A DNA stretch of 51,427 nucleotides from Gammaproteobacteria bacterium (lineage in GTDB: Bacteria > Pseudomonadota > Gammaproteobacteria > Arenicellales > Poriferihabitantaceae): the NCBI GenBank assembly GCA_011088265.1, contig JAALKB010000006.1, positions 1 through 51,427 on the forward strand, given 5' to 3'. Below are positions 30,739 through 41,600 of the stretch, piece after piece. The notes under the pieces are model-generated. The model did not search any database. It was not told where the DNA came from and saw only the letters and a program-made list of their open reading frames with translations. The translations under genes and the position numbers were made by a program. The number at the start of each line of letters is the position of its first letter. The stretch's first letter is position 1.

Positions 30739-32163
30739 TCAATCAACCCAGGCTATGTGCAATAAATTAGTCGTCCCAGAAATCCCAAACGGTAGACCCG
30801 CCGCAATGATCACGGCATCACCAGATTTGGCAAAATTCTCTTTCACGGCAATATCCTTAGCGGCATTAATAACCTCCATCAAATCGGCACCCTGGCTTGC
30901 AACGTCAATCAGAACCGGATGCACTCCCCAGGCAACACATAAATACCGAGCTATCCCTATCTCTGGAGTAAGGCTCAGTATTGGCGCCCGGGGGCGCTCT
31001 CTTGCGGCGCGCAAGGCAGTACTGCCAGACGAAGTGTAGGTTACCGTTGCGGTGGAAGATAAAACGTGAGTCACCTTTTGCAAAGCATTGCAAATTGCAT
31101 CCGCTGTGGTGGCATTGGGGTCAGGTCTCTGCGCATCAAGAATATTCTGTGCCAGTGGATCCTGTTCTACCTCGAAGATAATTTTATTCATAATGGTTAC
31201 CGATCGCACTGGATAATCTCCTGCGGCTGACTCGGCGGAGAGCATCACTGCATCTGCTCCATCATAAATCGCCGTCGCAACATCAGAAGCTTCGGCGCGG
31301 GTTGGCACGGGAACATGCACCATTGAATCGAGCATGTGAGTCGCAATCACAACCGGTTTCCCAGCCTGTCTGCATTGCCTGATTAGCCGTTTTTGCACAA
31401 TTGGCACCTTTTCCGGTGGAAGCTCTACTCCCAAATCCCCCCGGGCCACCATCATTCCATCGCAAAGCTCAAGAATTTCATCCAGATTCTCCAGAGCGGA
31501 AGGCTTTTCCATTTTAACCATGATCGCAGCACGTCCTTTCACCAACGACCGCAGCTCTCTCACATCATCGGGTTGTTGAACAAACGATTGGGCCACCCAA
31601 TCCACTCCCAAAGATAAACCATACTGTAGATCGATTCGGTCTTTTTCGGTGATAACCGAGATAGGCAACACAACTCCTGGAATGTTTACTCCTTTATTGT
31701 CGCTAATGCTTCCACCGACTAACACTTTTGCCACGAGATGTTGGTCCGATGACTCAGTCACTTCGAGTTTCACCCTTCCATCGTCGATCATTAGTTCACT
31801 GCCCACAGTCAATGCAGCAAAAATTTCTGGATGTAGTAAAGGCGCTCGATGGTCGTCGCCAGGACTGGCATCGAGATCCAACCGATAGGTATCTCCCTTG
31901 GCAAGTTCAACGGAGTGGTGTCGAAATGTTCCCAACCGCAGTTTCGGCCCCTGGATATCCATCAAAATACCAATAGGATGGCCGATTTCCTTTTCAATTC
32001 GCCTTATAATCTCCACTCTATCGCGGTGATCTTCATGGCTTCCATGACTGAAGTTGAGCCTGAAGACATCCACACCCGCAAGATACAACTCCCGAATTGT
32101 GGTTTCAGTGGAGCTGGCAGGACCCAATGTCGCCACTATTTTGGCCTTACGATTTCTACGCAT
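30739..32163 (-). CDS. pyk: Pyruvate kinase
   Basis: KIVATLGPAS, FRLNFSHG, DIQGPKLR, KMEK, MVARGDLGVE, PTRAEASDV and DAVMLSAESA. Confidence 0.97.
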   Translation of the reverse strand: MRRNRKAKIVATLGPASSTETTIRELYLAGVDVFRLNFSHGSHEDHRDRVEIIRRIEKEIGHPIGILMDIQGPKLRLGTFRHHSVELAKGDTYRLDLDASPGDDHRAPLLHPEIFAALTVGSELMIDDGRVKLEVTESSDQHLVAKVLVGGSISDNKGVNIPGVVLPISVITEKDRIDLQYGLSLGVDWVAQSFVQQPDDVRELRSLVKGRAAIMVKMEKPSALENLDEILELCDGMMVARGDLGVELPPEKVPIVQKRLIRQCRQAGKPVVIATHMLDSMVHVPVPTRAEASDVATAIYDGADAVMLSAESAAGDYPVRSVTIMNKIIFEVEQDPLAQNILDAQRPDPNATTADAICNALQKVTHVLSSTATVTYTSSGSTALRAARERPRAPILSLTPEIGIARYLCVAWGVHPVLIDVASQGADLMEVINAAKDIAVKENFAKSGDAVIIAAGLPFGISGTTNLLHIAWVD

Positions 32164-32316
32164 GGGTTGATTTTTTTATTCGTTTAATTGGAATACCTAA
32201 TTATACTCCACATCAACATCAGGCACCGTTCAGTCAAGGACATACAAACGTTCAAACCAAGAATAAGCAAGGTTATCTGTTTTCCATTTCAATTGCGCCA
32301 CAGCACCCAAGCAATC

Positions 32317-33522
32317 ATGTCTAACAAAAAGTTGCTCCTTCAAACTGGATCCCAGACAAAGGCAGTTCATGCCGGAGAAAGGCCAGATTCCGGAACTGGT
32401 GCTTCGGCTCCAAATATCGTCATGTCCAGCACCTTTGTGGTAGATGAGACGGTTAGTTTTTCTGCCTTGAATCTTGATGAAGACACACCCTATATGTATA
32501 GCCGCTGGTCAAATCCAACGGTTACCCAGCTTGAAGACAAACTAACAGCTCTGGAAGAGGCGGAAGCGTGTGTGGCTTTTGCGTCAGGAATGGCAGCATC
32601 CACCGCAGTGTTACTCAGTTTCTTAAGTCATGGTGATCACCTGGTCATTAGCAGCACCAACTATCCTGGCACCGCAGAATTAGCGAGAAAAACCCTTCCC
32701 AGGATGGGGATTTCTGTTACACCTGTTGATACTGGCAACCCCGCGGCTATTGAGTCGGCCATAAAGAAAAATACTCGAATGGTCTGGCTGGAAACCCCTT
32801 CAAATCCTTTGATTAATATTACTGATATTGCCAAAGCCGCACAAATCGCCCATTCGAATCATTCACTGCTAGCAGTGGATAGTACTTTCGCAACCCCCAT
32901 TGCGACGAAGCCGCTCAGTCTGGGTGCTGATCTGGTGATTCATTCGCTGACCAAATACATCGGTGGCCATGGAGATGCCATGGGTGGCGCAGTTCTTGGC
33001 AATAGAGAACACATTGCCCACCTGCACAATGAGGGTGTGATTCACCATGGCGGCGTAATCAGTCCATTTAACGCCTGGCTAATTATGAGAGGAACGGCAA
33101 CATTACCCATTCGAATGCGTGTACATCAGGAAAACGCACAAATCATTGCTGAATACCTGGAGGGACATGATTCCGTGGAACTGGTCCGGTATCCTGGACT
33201 AAAAACCCATCCTGACCATGACATTGCAACAAAACAAATGAGTAACTTTTCCGGCATGCTGGCTTTCAGGGTCAATGATCCACATGCCGTTGCTCGGAAA
33301 ATGATGAAAAAACTAGAGATATTCCACTATGCTGTCTCCCTTGGTCACCATCGAAGTCTGATTTATCTGATGGAAACAAAGGACCTCGTAACGTCATCCT
33401 ATGAACTTACCGGTTTTGATCTTGATCGCTATCGAAGGATTGCCGGTAGTGGCCTATTCAGGGTATCAATAGGACTAGAGAATCATGAGGATTTGATTAA
33501 AGATCTGGATCAGATTCTATAG
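32317..33522 (+). CDS. Cys/Met metabolism PLP-dependent enzyme (cystathionine gamma-synthase / methionine gamma-lyase family)
   Basis: YSRWSNPT...LE, FASGMAA, ETPSNP, VDSTFATP, PLP-Lys motif HSLTKYIGGHGD, AVSLG and RVSIGLE. The start is placed at the ATG at 32317. Confidence 0.92.
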   Translation: MSNKKLLLQTGSQTKAVHAGERPDSGTGASAPNIVMSSTFVVDETVSFSALNLDEDTPYMYSRWSNPTVTQLEDKLTALEEAEACVAFASGMAASTAVLLSFLSHGDHLVISSTNYPGTAELARKTLPRMGISVTPVDTGNPAAIESAIKKNTRMVWLETPSNPLINITDIAKAAQIAHSNHSLLAVDSTFATPIATKPLSLGADLVIHSLTKYIGGHGDAMGGAVLGNREHIAHLHNEGVIHHGGVISPFNAWLIMRGTATLPIRMRVHQENAQIIAEYLEGHDSVELVRYPGLKTHPDHDIATKQMSNFSGMLAFRVNDPHAVARKMMKKLEIFHYAVSLGHHRSLIYLMETKDLVTSSYELTGFDLDRYRRIAGSGLFRVSIGLENHEDLIKDLDQIL

Positions 33523-33629
33523 GCTGGCATTTCCATAAACATTTCTATTTGTTCCATACAATGGGGTACAACAGAATAATAACTCTCGCAATGACTCCCG
33601 GTTTTGGGAATACTTTTTTCAAATATTTT

Positions 33630-34814
33630 TTATGCTTCAGAGGATTCAAATCTTGAAGACAATATCTTGATCGCTGGTAGGGTTTTTCCTTCCAAAAACT
33701 CCAGAAACGCGCCACCGCCGGTGGATATGTAGGAAATGTCATTGCCCAGATTGTATTTATCAACCGCCGCCAAAGTATCTCCACCCCCGGCAATTGAAAA
33801 AGCGGAAGACTCTGCTATTGCTTTTCCCAGTTGCTGGGTACCTCGACTAAACTGGTCAAACTCGAACACTCCTACCGGACCATTCCAAACAATAGTACCC
33901 GCATTCTGCATGAATTGTGCATAAAGAGCAGATGTTTCTGGTCCAATATCCAGAATCATATCCATATCATCAATATCCTGAACGGACTTAATCACTGGCT
34001 CAGCATCTCTAGAAAACGATTTTCCTACCACAACATCCACAGGAATCGGAATCTCTCGGCCTTTAGCTTCCGCCTGCATCATTAGCTTTTTTGCCTCGTG
34101 GATAAGGTCCTGCTCGAATAATGACGCACCCACGTTATGTCCTGCAGCAGCAATAAAGGTATTGGCAATTCCTCCTCCAGGAACCAACTGATCAACGACA
34201 TTTGATAGGGATTCGAGCACCGTGAGCTTAGACGAGACCTTGGCACCGCCCACTATGGCAACCATGGGACGATCAGGTTGATCTAAAGCACCGCTGAGGG
34301 CCTCAATTTCATTTTGAAGTAAAGGGCCAGAGCATGCTATTGGCGCAAATTGTGCTACGCCCTGTGTCGATGCCTGAGCGCGATGGGCGGTACCAAAGGC
34401 ATCCATGACAAACACGTCACAAAGTGATGCATAAGCTCTGGACAACTCTTCGTCATTGGACTTTTCACCCAAATTGAACCGGACATTCTCTAACAAAACC
34501 ACTTCACCATTCTTCAATTCTGGGGGGGTAAACAGATAATCCGAATTGAGTTTCACCTTAACCCCAAGGCGCTGACTCACACAATCCGCAACGGGCTCCA
34601 AAGAAAATGCAGAATCAAACACCCCTTCCTCTGGACGACCCAAATGGGACATAACCATCACTTTGGCGCCTGCGGCCACCGCATCCTGAATGGTTCCCAG
34701 AGAAGCCATAATACGCTTATCTGAAGCGACAACTCCATTACGAATGGGCACATTCAAATCCTGACGGATTAACACCCGTTTACCACGGAGCTCCATGTCT
34801 GCAAGTTGATACAT
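33630..34814 (-). CDS. pgk: Phosphoglycerate kinase
   Basis: [42 protein letters not shown] and [13 protein letters not shown]. Confidence 0.98.
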   Translation of the reverse strand: MYQLADMELRGKRVLIRQDLNVPIRNGVVASDKRIMASLGTIQDAVAAGAKVMVMSHLGRPEEGVFDSAFSLEPVADCVSQRLGVKVKLNSDYLFTPPELKNGEVVLLENVRFNLGEKSNDEELSRAYASLCDVFVMDAFGTAHRAQASTQGVAQFAPIACSGPLLQNEIEALSGALDQPDRPMVAIVGGAKVSSKLTVLESLSNVVDQLVPGGGIANTFIAAAGHNVGASLFEQDLIHEAKKLMMQAEAKGREIPIPVDVVVGKSFSRDAEPVIKSVQDIDDMDMILDIGPETSALYAQFMQNAGTIVWNGPVGVFEFDQFSRGTQQLGKAIAESSAFSIAGGGDTLAAVDKYNLGNDISYISTGGGAFLEFLEGKTLPAIKILSSRFESSEA

Positions 34815-34888
34815 AATCTTATCTAACGAAAATTCGATGAAGTTATTTCGATATTCGGGAATCCGATGAGAATAAATTCGGATAGCAG

Positions 34889-36886
34889 CTAATCAGCAAG
34901 CAGGTTCGATATCGTCAATACAACATTATCAACGGTCATCCCCAGATGCTCGAATACCTCTTTCGCGGGCGCGGATTCACCAAATGTATCGATGCCTACC
35001 ACCGCGCCATCGAAGCCCACGTATTTTCCCCATCCACCGCTAACACCGGCCTCAACCACCACTCTTTTGTTAACCGATACGGGCAACACGGATTGGCGAA
35101 AGTCCTCATCCTGCGCTTCAAATCGATCTGTTGAAGGCATTGAAACCACTCGTATCCCTCGGTGGGGCAATTTTTCTGCTGCTGCCATCGCCAATTCTAC
35201 TTCAGAGCCAGTTGCAATTAGAATCAGTTCCGGATGCCCATCACAGTCCTTTAATACATACCCTCCCTTGCTGATGCAATCCAACTGATCCCTATTGCGT
35301 GTCTGATGTTGTAGATTCTGGCGAGAAAAAATCAAAGAAAAAGGCTGATCCTTCGACTCAATCGCTTGCTGCCACGCAACCGCAGATTCCACTGCATCAC
35401 AGGGTCGCCATACAGACATTCCTGGAATCAATCGAAGCGTTGCGGTTTGCTCAACCGGTTGGTGGGTTGGACCATCTTCACCCAGGCCCACTGAGTCATG
35501 AGTAAACACATAGATCGTTGGCACTTTCATTAATGCCGACATTCTCAGCGCATTTCGCGCGTATTCAGAAAACATTAAAAACGTCGAACAATAAGTTTTG
35601 AAGCCACCGTGGAGCGTCACTCCGTTGTTAATCGCCGCCATGGCAAATTCTCTAACACCATAATAAATATAGTTTCCATCTGGATACTCCTGAATTCCCT
35701 TAGATCCAGACCAGATCGTCAGATTTGAGCCAGCCAGATCGGCTGAACCACCAATCAACTCCGGCAATAAAGGGCCAAACTCCTGCAAAGCATTCTGCGA
35801 TGCTTTTCGGGACACAATGGTTTCCTGCTTTTCAGCGATCTGACTAATCTTTTCATGATTCCGTTTATGCCATTCTTCGGATAAAGTCGATGACATGCGC
35901 CTTTCGTATTCAGCCGCAAGTTCCGGGTGGTCTGCTCGATATTTTTCGAACATTTCCTGCCATTGAAATTCTACTTTTTTTCCATGGTCTCTGGCATCCC
36001 AGGCATCATAAATCTCACCAGGGACCTCAAATGGGCCATAATGCCAATCCAGAGTTGCCCTGGTAAGCTCAATTTCCTCTGCACCCAGTGGGGCCCCATG
36101 AGAAGATTCTTTTCCTCCTTTATTTGGCGACCCGAAACCAATGGTCGTTTTACAACAAATTAATGTAGGCTTGTCACTAACCTGTTTAGCGGACTCCAGC
36201 GCTGCGTGAATGGCATTGGAGTCATGCCCATCTATGTCGGAAATCACATGCCACCCATACGATTCAAACCTGCCCGGCGTGTTATCCGCAAACCATCCTT
36301 CAACTTCCCCATCAATGGAAATGCCATTGTCATCATAAATAGCAATAAGCTTGCCAAGCCCCAGAGTTCCTGCCAAAGAACACGCTTCGTGGGAAATTCC
36401 CTCCATTAAGCAGCCATCCCCCAGAAAAACATAGGTGTGATGATCAACCACGGAAAATTCTGGTCGATTGAATTGCGCCCCAAGAGTTCTCTCCGCAATT
36501 GCCATTCCCACCGCATTAGCAATTCCTTGCCCTAACGGGCCTGTAGTCGTCTCTACACCTGGCGCATAACCGTATTCAGGATGCCCGGGTGTTTTTGAAT
36601 GCAGTTGTCTGAATTGTTTAATATCCTCAATGGAAAGATCATATCCTGTCAAATGCAATAGAGAATAAATGAGCATAGAGCCATGACCGTTTGAAAGTAC
36701 AAATCGATCCCGGTCAGACCACGTTGGGTTCAAGGGATTGTGTTTAAGAAAGTCACTCCACAACACTTCAGCAATATCAGCCATCCCCATTGGCGCACCA
36801 GGATGGCCGCTCTTTGCCTTTTGGACAGCATCCATACTCAATGCACGAATAGCGTTTGCCTTGGTCCGTTTGTCAATTGACGTCAT
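34889..36886 (-). CDS. tkt: Transketolase
   Basis: [23 protein letters not shown] motif GDGCLMEG...DDN, YGVREF and [18 protein letters not shown]. Confidence 0.98.
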   Translation of the reverse strand: MTSIDKRTKANAIRALSMDAVQKAKSGHPGAPMGMADIAEVLWSDFLKHNPLNPTWSDRDRFVLSNGHGSMLIYSLLHLTGYDLSIEDIKQFRQLHSKTPGHPEYGYAPGVETTTGPLGQGIANAVGMAIAERTLGAQFNRPEFSVVDHHTYVFLGDGCLMEGISHEACSLAGTLGLGKLIAIYDDNGISIDGEVEGWFADNTPGRFESYGWHVISDIDGHDSNAIHAALESAKQVSDKPTLICCKTTIGFGSPNKGGKESSHGAPLGAEEIELTRATLDWHYGPFEVPGEIYDAWDARDHGKKVEFQWQEMFEKYRADHPELAAEYERRMSSTLSEEWHKRNHEKISQIAEKQETIVSRKASQNALQEFGPLLPELIGGSADLAGSNLTIWSGSKGIQEYPDGNYIYYGVREFAMAAINNGVTLHGGFKTYCSTFLMFSEYARNALRMSALMKVPTIYVFTHDSVGLGEDGPTHQPVEQTATLRLIPGMSVWRPCDAVESAVAWQQAIESKDQPFSLIFSRQNLQHQTRNRDQLDCISKGGYVLKDCDGHPELILIATGSEVELAMAAAEKLPHRGIRVVSMPSTDRFEAQDEDFRQSVLPVSVNKRVVVEAGVSGGWGKYVGFDGAVVGIDTFGESAPAKEVFEHLGMTVDNVVLTISNLLAD

Positions 36887-37230
36887 TAACCGCCTCTTAT
36901 CAGGGTTTGAAAATTTTGGGAATAAAAATGCCCTCCTAAATAGCAGCTTAAAGGAAGCTACCGCTTCGGATTAGCTAATGGGAGAGCAAAGATAGTTTTC
37001 ATATTTCAAGAACAAACCGCATAAAAATAACACGCCAATCAGCACTTCCAGATCGCTGTCCAAAGACCTGGTTTTTGCAAGTAATGAAGATCGACTGTTA
37101 CGATAATTTGCCGTTACAAATGCGAAAGAATGAACTCGTTTTCAAGTCTGGGAATATAGCCCTTTTCAGTAATTTCCTAAAGAGAAAATCCATGCAGGAT
37201 TATTAACAAAGCAAAAAACCACTATGCTTT

Positions 37231-37267
37231 GGCATGGGTGCGGCCAAGGCATGGGCATGGGCATGGG
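37231..37267. repeat. GGCATG hexamer repeats immediately after the IMPase stop codon
   Basis: GGCATG occurs at 37231 and tandemly at 37248, 37254 and 37260. Confidence 0.7.
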
Positions 37268-37268
37268 A

Positions 37269-38105
37269 TTAGAATTTCATATTTCCCGAAGCATTACAAT
37301 TCGTTTCAATCCAGCTTTTCCACTGGGTTAACAAAGCAGGGGTAATGGCGGCAACTACCGACCGCTTTCTAAGGCTGCCGCAGTTTAGGGGTTTTCCGGA
37401 CAGGGAAGTAGCCGCACCGCCAGCTTCCTTCAAAATAAGATAACCAGCGGCAAAATCCCAAAGTTTTTGACCACCGTGTAGATATAGTTGAAATCGGCCA
37501 GCTGCCAGCCAACACCATTCCAACACGGACGCACCAAGGTTTCGCTGAGAACGATAAGGAGGACATCGCACCAATTGTGCTGACAAATCCCCAACCAGCC
37601 TTTTATAGTCCACATTGGCGATGCAATTTTCGATCGAAGGGTTAATCTTCGTCGACAGCCGTTCACCGTTGAGATAAGCACCGTTTCCGGCTTCAGCGGA
37701 AAAAATCTCGTCCCTAACAGGGTCATATACCACTGCCAATATGGGGTTGCCTTCCACGACCAGCGCCACAGAAATACCGTAAAACAGAAACCCTGAAATA
37801 AAATTCGTTGTCCCGTCTAATGGATCAATAACCCAGTATCCCTGCTCACTGTGACGGGTAACCTCCATTTGATCCGCATGTTTCATTTCTTCTCCGATGG
37901 CACCAAAACCTGCCCAACGACTGGTTAACGAATCAAGCAACTCCTCCTGCATTTGCTGATCAATGGCGGTTACGAAGCTGCCATCAAGCTTGGTTGTGTG
38001 ATCAACGCGTCCGGTTTGAAGCGCGGGCACACGTCCTGCAACCTGCTTCACCGTTGCAGCTAATTCATCCAACGTGGGATAGTTCAACGTAGGGTAGTTT
38101 TTCAT
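37269..38105 (-). CDS. Inositol monophosphatase family protein (SuhB-like, possible sugar-bisphosphatase)
   Basis: FVT.ID, GEE, WVIDPLDGTTNF, GAYLNG and WDFAAG.LIL.EAGG. The N-terminus carries a NYPTL x2 duplication. Confidence 0.9.
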   Translation of the reverse strand: MKNYPTLNYPTLDELAATVKQVAGRVPALQTGRVDHTTKLDGSFVTAIDQQMQEELLDSLTSRWAGFGAIGEEMKHADQMEVTRHSEQGYWVIDPLDGTTNFISGFLFYGISVALVVEGNPILAVVYDPVRDEIFSAEAGNGAYLNGERLSTKINPSIENCIANVDYKRLVGDLSAQLVRCPPYRSQRNLGASVLEWCWLAAGRFQLYLHGGQKLWDFAAGYLILKEAGGAATSLSGKPLNCGSLRKRSVVAAITPALLTQWKSWIETNCNASGNMKF

Positions 38106-38200
38106 TTAAGATAGAAACAATCAAAAAGCAGGAAGGATGAGTAATATCTCAAAACAATCAATAAATAGGATTTAATGAGTGACCAAAGTTTTGAAACGAA

Positions 38201-38232
38201 GTCAAAGGGTACAAAAGTCAAAGGGCACAAAA
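38201..38232. repeat. 16-bp tandem duplication with 1 mismatch
   Basis: GTCAAAGGGTACAAAA followed by GTCAAAGGGCACAAAA. Confidence 0.85.
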
Positions 38233-38254
38233 GGATGTCCCATATTATAACGTT

Positions 38255-38683
38255 TTAAAAAACATCATGTGCCAGTGTCTTCAGATCGGGTATGACTCCC
38301 AATCGACTGCCTATTTGTATAACCCCAGCCGCGTATCGGATTTCTTTTAATATTGTTGATGGCAGTAAAGTCATCGCCTCATCAATAACCACGATTTTTG
38401 GTGCTTCCCGACTAGAGAAAGCAAAAAAGTCATTTTTCCCAAATCCGTGTAATGGCCACAACACTACGGCTCTACTGTAGTCTTCATCGACAATAGGAGT
38501 TGCTCCCAACGCTTCCGAACCATTAATCAAAGGCATGGAATATTCTCTCCAATTAATCTCGTAGGAAATATAGGGTTGCCGATGGTCACAAAGCCGCTGG
38601 TTCGAGCTTGCCAAAACCTGCGCCACCATACTAACCGGTATCAGCAACGACCCCGCTCGGGTGTCTAAAGATAGGACTTTCAT
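38255..38683 (-). CDS. chpC: ChpC-like (degenerate CheW) protein
   Basis: LLIP.SMVAQV, I.WRE..MPLI and C-terminal IPDL..L. Its start overlaps the chpA stop (ATGA), in the usual chpC position. Confidence 0.7.
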   Translation of the reverse strand: MKVLSLDTRAGSLLIPVSMVAQVLASSNQRLCDHRQPYISYEINWREYSMPLINGSEALGATPIVDEDYSRAVVLWPLHGFGKNDFFAFSSREAPKIVVIDEAMTLLPSTILKEIRYAAGVIQIGSRLGVIPDLKTLAHDVF

Positions 38684-41600
38684 GAGTTCTTGCGCCCTTT
38701 TTCGTTAATCAGTTTCTTGATTATAAGAGCCAGCGCAGACACGTTATACGGTCGGCTAATATAGTCGTCCGCTCCCAGATACAGCGCCTTATCTCGATGC
38801 TGCTCGTCTGACCGCGACGTGATAACGATAACAGGCAGTGTATGGTAGCGAGGCTCTTTCCTTAACTCAACCAGGAACTCATAGCCACCCATTTCTGGCA
38901 TTTCGATATCCACTAAAACGATATCCACTTTTATCTGCTTCAACATGCCAAGCGCTTCCAGGCCATTCTTCGACACCATGGCATCCAAGCCCATTGAATT
39001 TATGTCCCGCTGCATCACCGTCCTTAGTACCGACGAATCATCCACGATCAGAACCCGATTCGTTTTTTCTTCTTCTGTATCACTTGTCTTCTCCTCTAAT
39101 TCCTCCAGAGGTTGAGTTTCAAGTTCAATAGCCTCGATGAACTGACCCGGGTCTAGAATTAGAACGATGCTTGAGTCCGCTAAAACCGTCACACCGGATA
39201 CACCATTAATTGACACGAGCTGCGCACCAGGTGTTTTACTCACAATATCGACTGTTTCCTCAAACCCGTCAACTGAGAAAGCAGCAACTCGATCCGCAAG
39301 CCTAATGACGATAATGGAAACCGTTCCCTTGCTTGAAGCTGTGTCCGAAATCTCCATCTTCTCAGACAAATTTAAAATGGGTAAGCGGCGATCGTCATAG
39401 TGAAGATGCAGAACATCGTCAACTTTAGTTAAGTCAGATTTTCTAACCTCAACAATCCGTTCGATGGTTCTCGACAGGATCGCGCAACGATATTGTCCGA
39501 GCCGAACCAGCAACGCCTGTGTCACAGAAAGGGTTACTGGTAATCTGAATTGAAAGCTCGTTCCATGTCCTCTTTGAGTGGACACCGACATGGAGCCCCC
39601 CAGGCTTCGAACCGCCTGATAAACCACATTCATTCCCACACCACGACCGGATTCAAGACTAACGATTTCTTCCGTACTGAACCCCGGTTGTATGATTACC
39701 TGTAGTAAGTGATCATCGGTTACCTCTCTCATGTTTCTCGCAAATCCGAGCCTTACCGCCCTGGCAGCTATCTTATAGTAATCCAGCCCTCTTCCGTCGT
39801 CTGTTAATTCCACCAGTAGTTCCGTTCCCTGCTGAGTGACCTTCAGCTGCAATTGTCCTTCCAGATTTTTGTTCTCATGAGACCGAATGCTGGAAGGTTC
39901 GATGCCATGGGCGATGGCATTACGAATCATATGTTCAAAGGGGGCAATCATGGTGCCAATAACCTGCCTATCCACCTCGATCTCTCCGCCGATGACAACG
40001 AAGTTCACCGGTTTGTTAGATTTTCGCGAGGTTTCCCGGACCAACTGCCTTAACCTTGGCATGTGTTCGTTGATGGATGACATCCGTGCGCTCATTAGCC
40101 CAGACTGCAATTGCTCACCCAAATAGAACTGTCGAAGCAATGCCTCACCCAATTCCGAAGCCCTGTCATCCAAAGACTTCTCCACTTCGAGTAGCTCGTC
40201 GATTCTTGCTTTTATTGCGTTATTTTGTGTCTGAAGATTCACAAAACGCTCACGATACGAGGAATCAATACCCTCAGACACAACACTGCTTTCAAAGGGC
40301 ATGGGGCAGGCAGCAACCAGAGCTTCTGTTTCGCTGTCGATTTCAACCACCGATTCTTTCATCAGTCTCATACTGCTTCTGAAAGTGTCCAGCTCCTTTC
40401 GAGTTTTCTCCAGCATGTTTTTTAACTGAGTTCGAATCAATCCCAATTCCCTGGAATGATTCACCAGTTCTGAAAGTTTTTTGTTTTCAATTTTGAGTGA
40501 ACTATCAGCGAATTCCACTACTGACGAGCTACTCATTCCGTCAACCTCATCCAGCTGGGTCATGGAGAGAGCTGTAGTTTCTGCAGGCCGATTTTTCCTG
40601 GCTTCCCTGGATACCACAAAACCATCACTCATCGATGGCGAAAGTGACGCCTCGGTTTCCTGTGGGTTTAGATTGGGGTTATCAGCCTGTTCATGCTCCA
40701 ATGAATTTATCGAAGCCTCACCGTCACCGTCACTGGCACTGGCACTGGCGAAACCAGAACTGGCTATTGGGCTCACAGATTCATCGTTAGTGGGTTTCTT
40801 TAATTCACGACCAACAGACTCATCTACCAGCAAAAGCGTAATCGCCTTATTTAGCGAACTCATATGATTTCCCACACTGGCAGGAATAAATCCGAGTTCA
40901 GATGCCAAGCCATCGTGAATTTCTTCCAACAAATTAAGCAGACTTGATTGTTCGCTTTGGGGTGACACTCCCTCCTGATCCAGAAAGCTCTCAACGTTGT
41001 GAGATAAAATCGATACGTTTTCAAAGCCCGTCGCGCCCGCGCTTCCCTTCAGTGTATGGAATTCACGCCGAATAGCTATCAACATTTCGTGGGTCAGCTC
41101 GTCTGCGCGCCACTCCGCCAGATATTGATTCAACCGTGAGAGAATTGATCTGCTTTCTTCGAGAAAAATGGCTTTGATATCTGGACCTACATGGATGTTC
41201 CTTTCGCTTTCTGTATTGCCCTCTGATAACAAATCAACCGTGGCTCCCAGCAGCGCCTGGGCAACAAAATCCAACTCCGAAACAATATTTTCAGGCAACA
41301 CACCTTTTTCGCTGATTTCGTCTCCGGTTCGATCCAATAGGCCAATAGTGCCTTCAAATAAATCATCATAACGAGCAGAAAAAGTATTGAATGATGCCTG
41401 AGAATGGGCAATGGGTTCCAACTCTTCGACGCAGATAGCGATGCTATCGAATTGAATACTTCGGCAATTACCCGCCAGCGCGTGGACGCTACGTAAAAAA
41501 GTTTCCTGGTAAGATAGCGTATCGATATTCTCCGCATTAGAGACAAGAGATCGATAACTATTCTTTAATCGTAAAGTATGTTCTTTTAATTCTCCGACGA

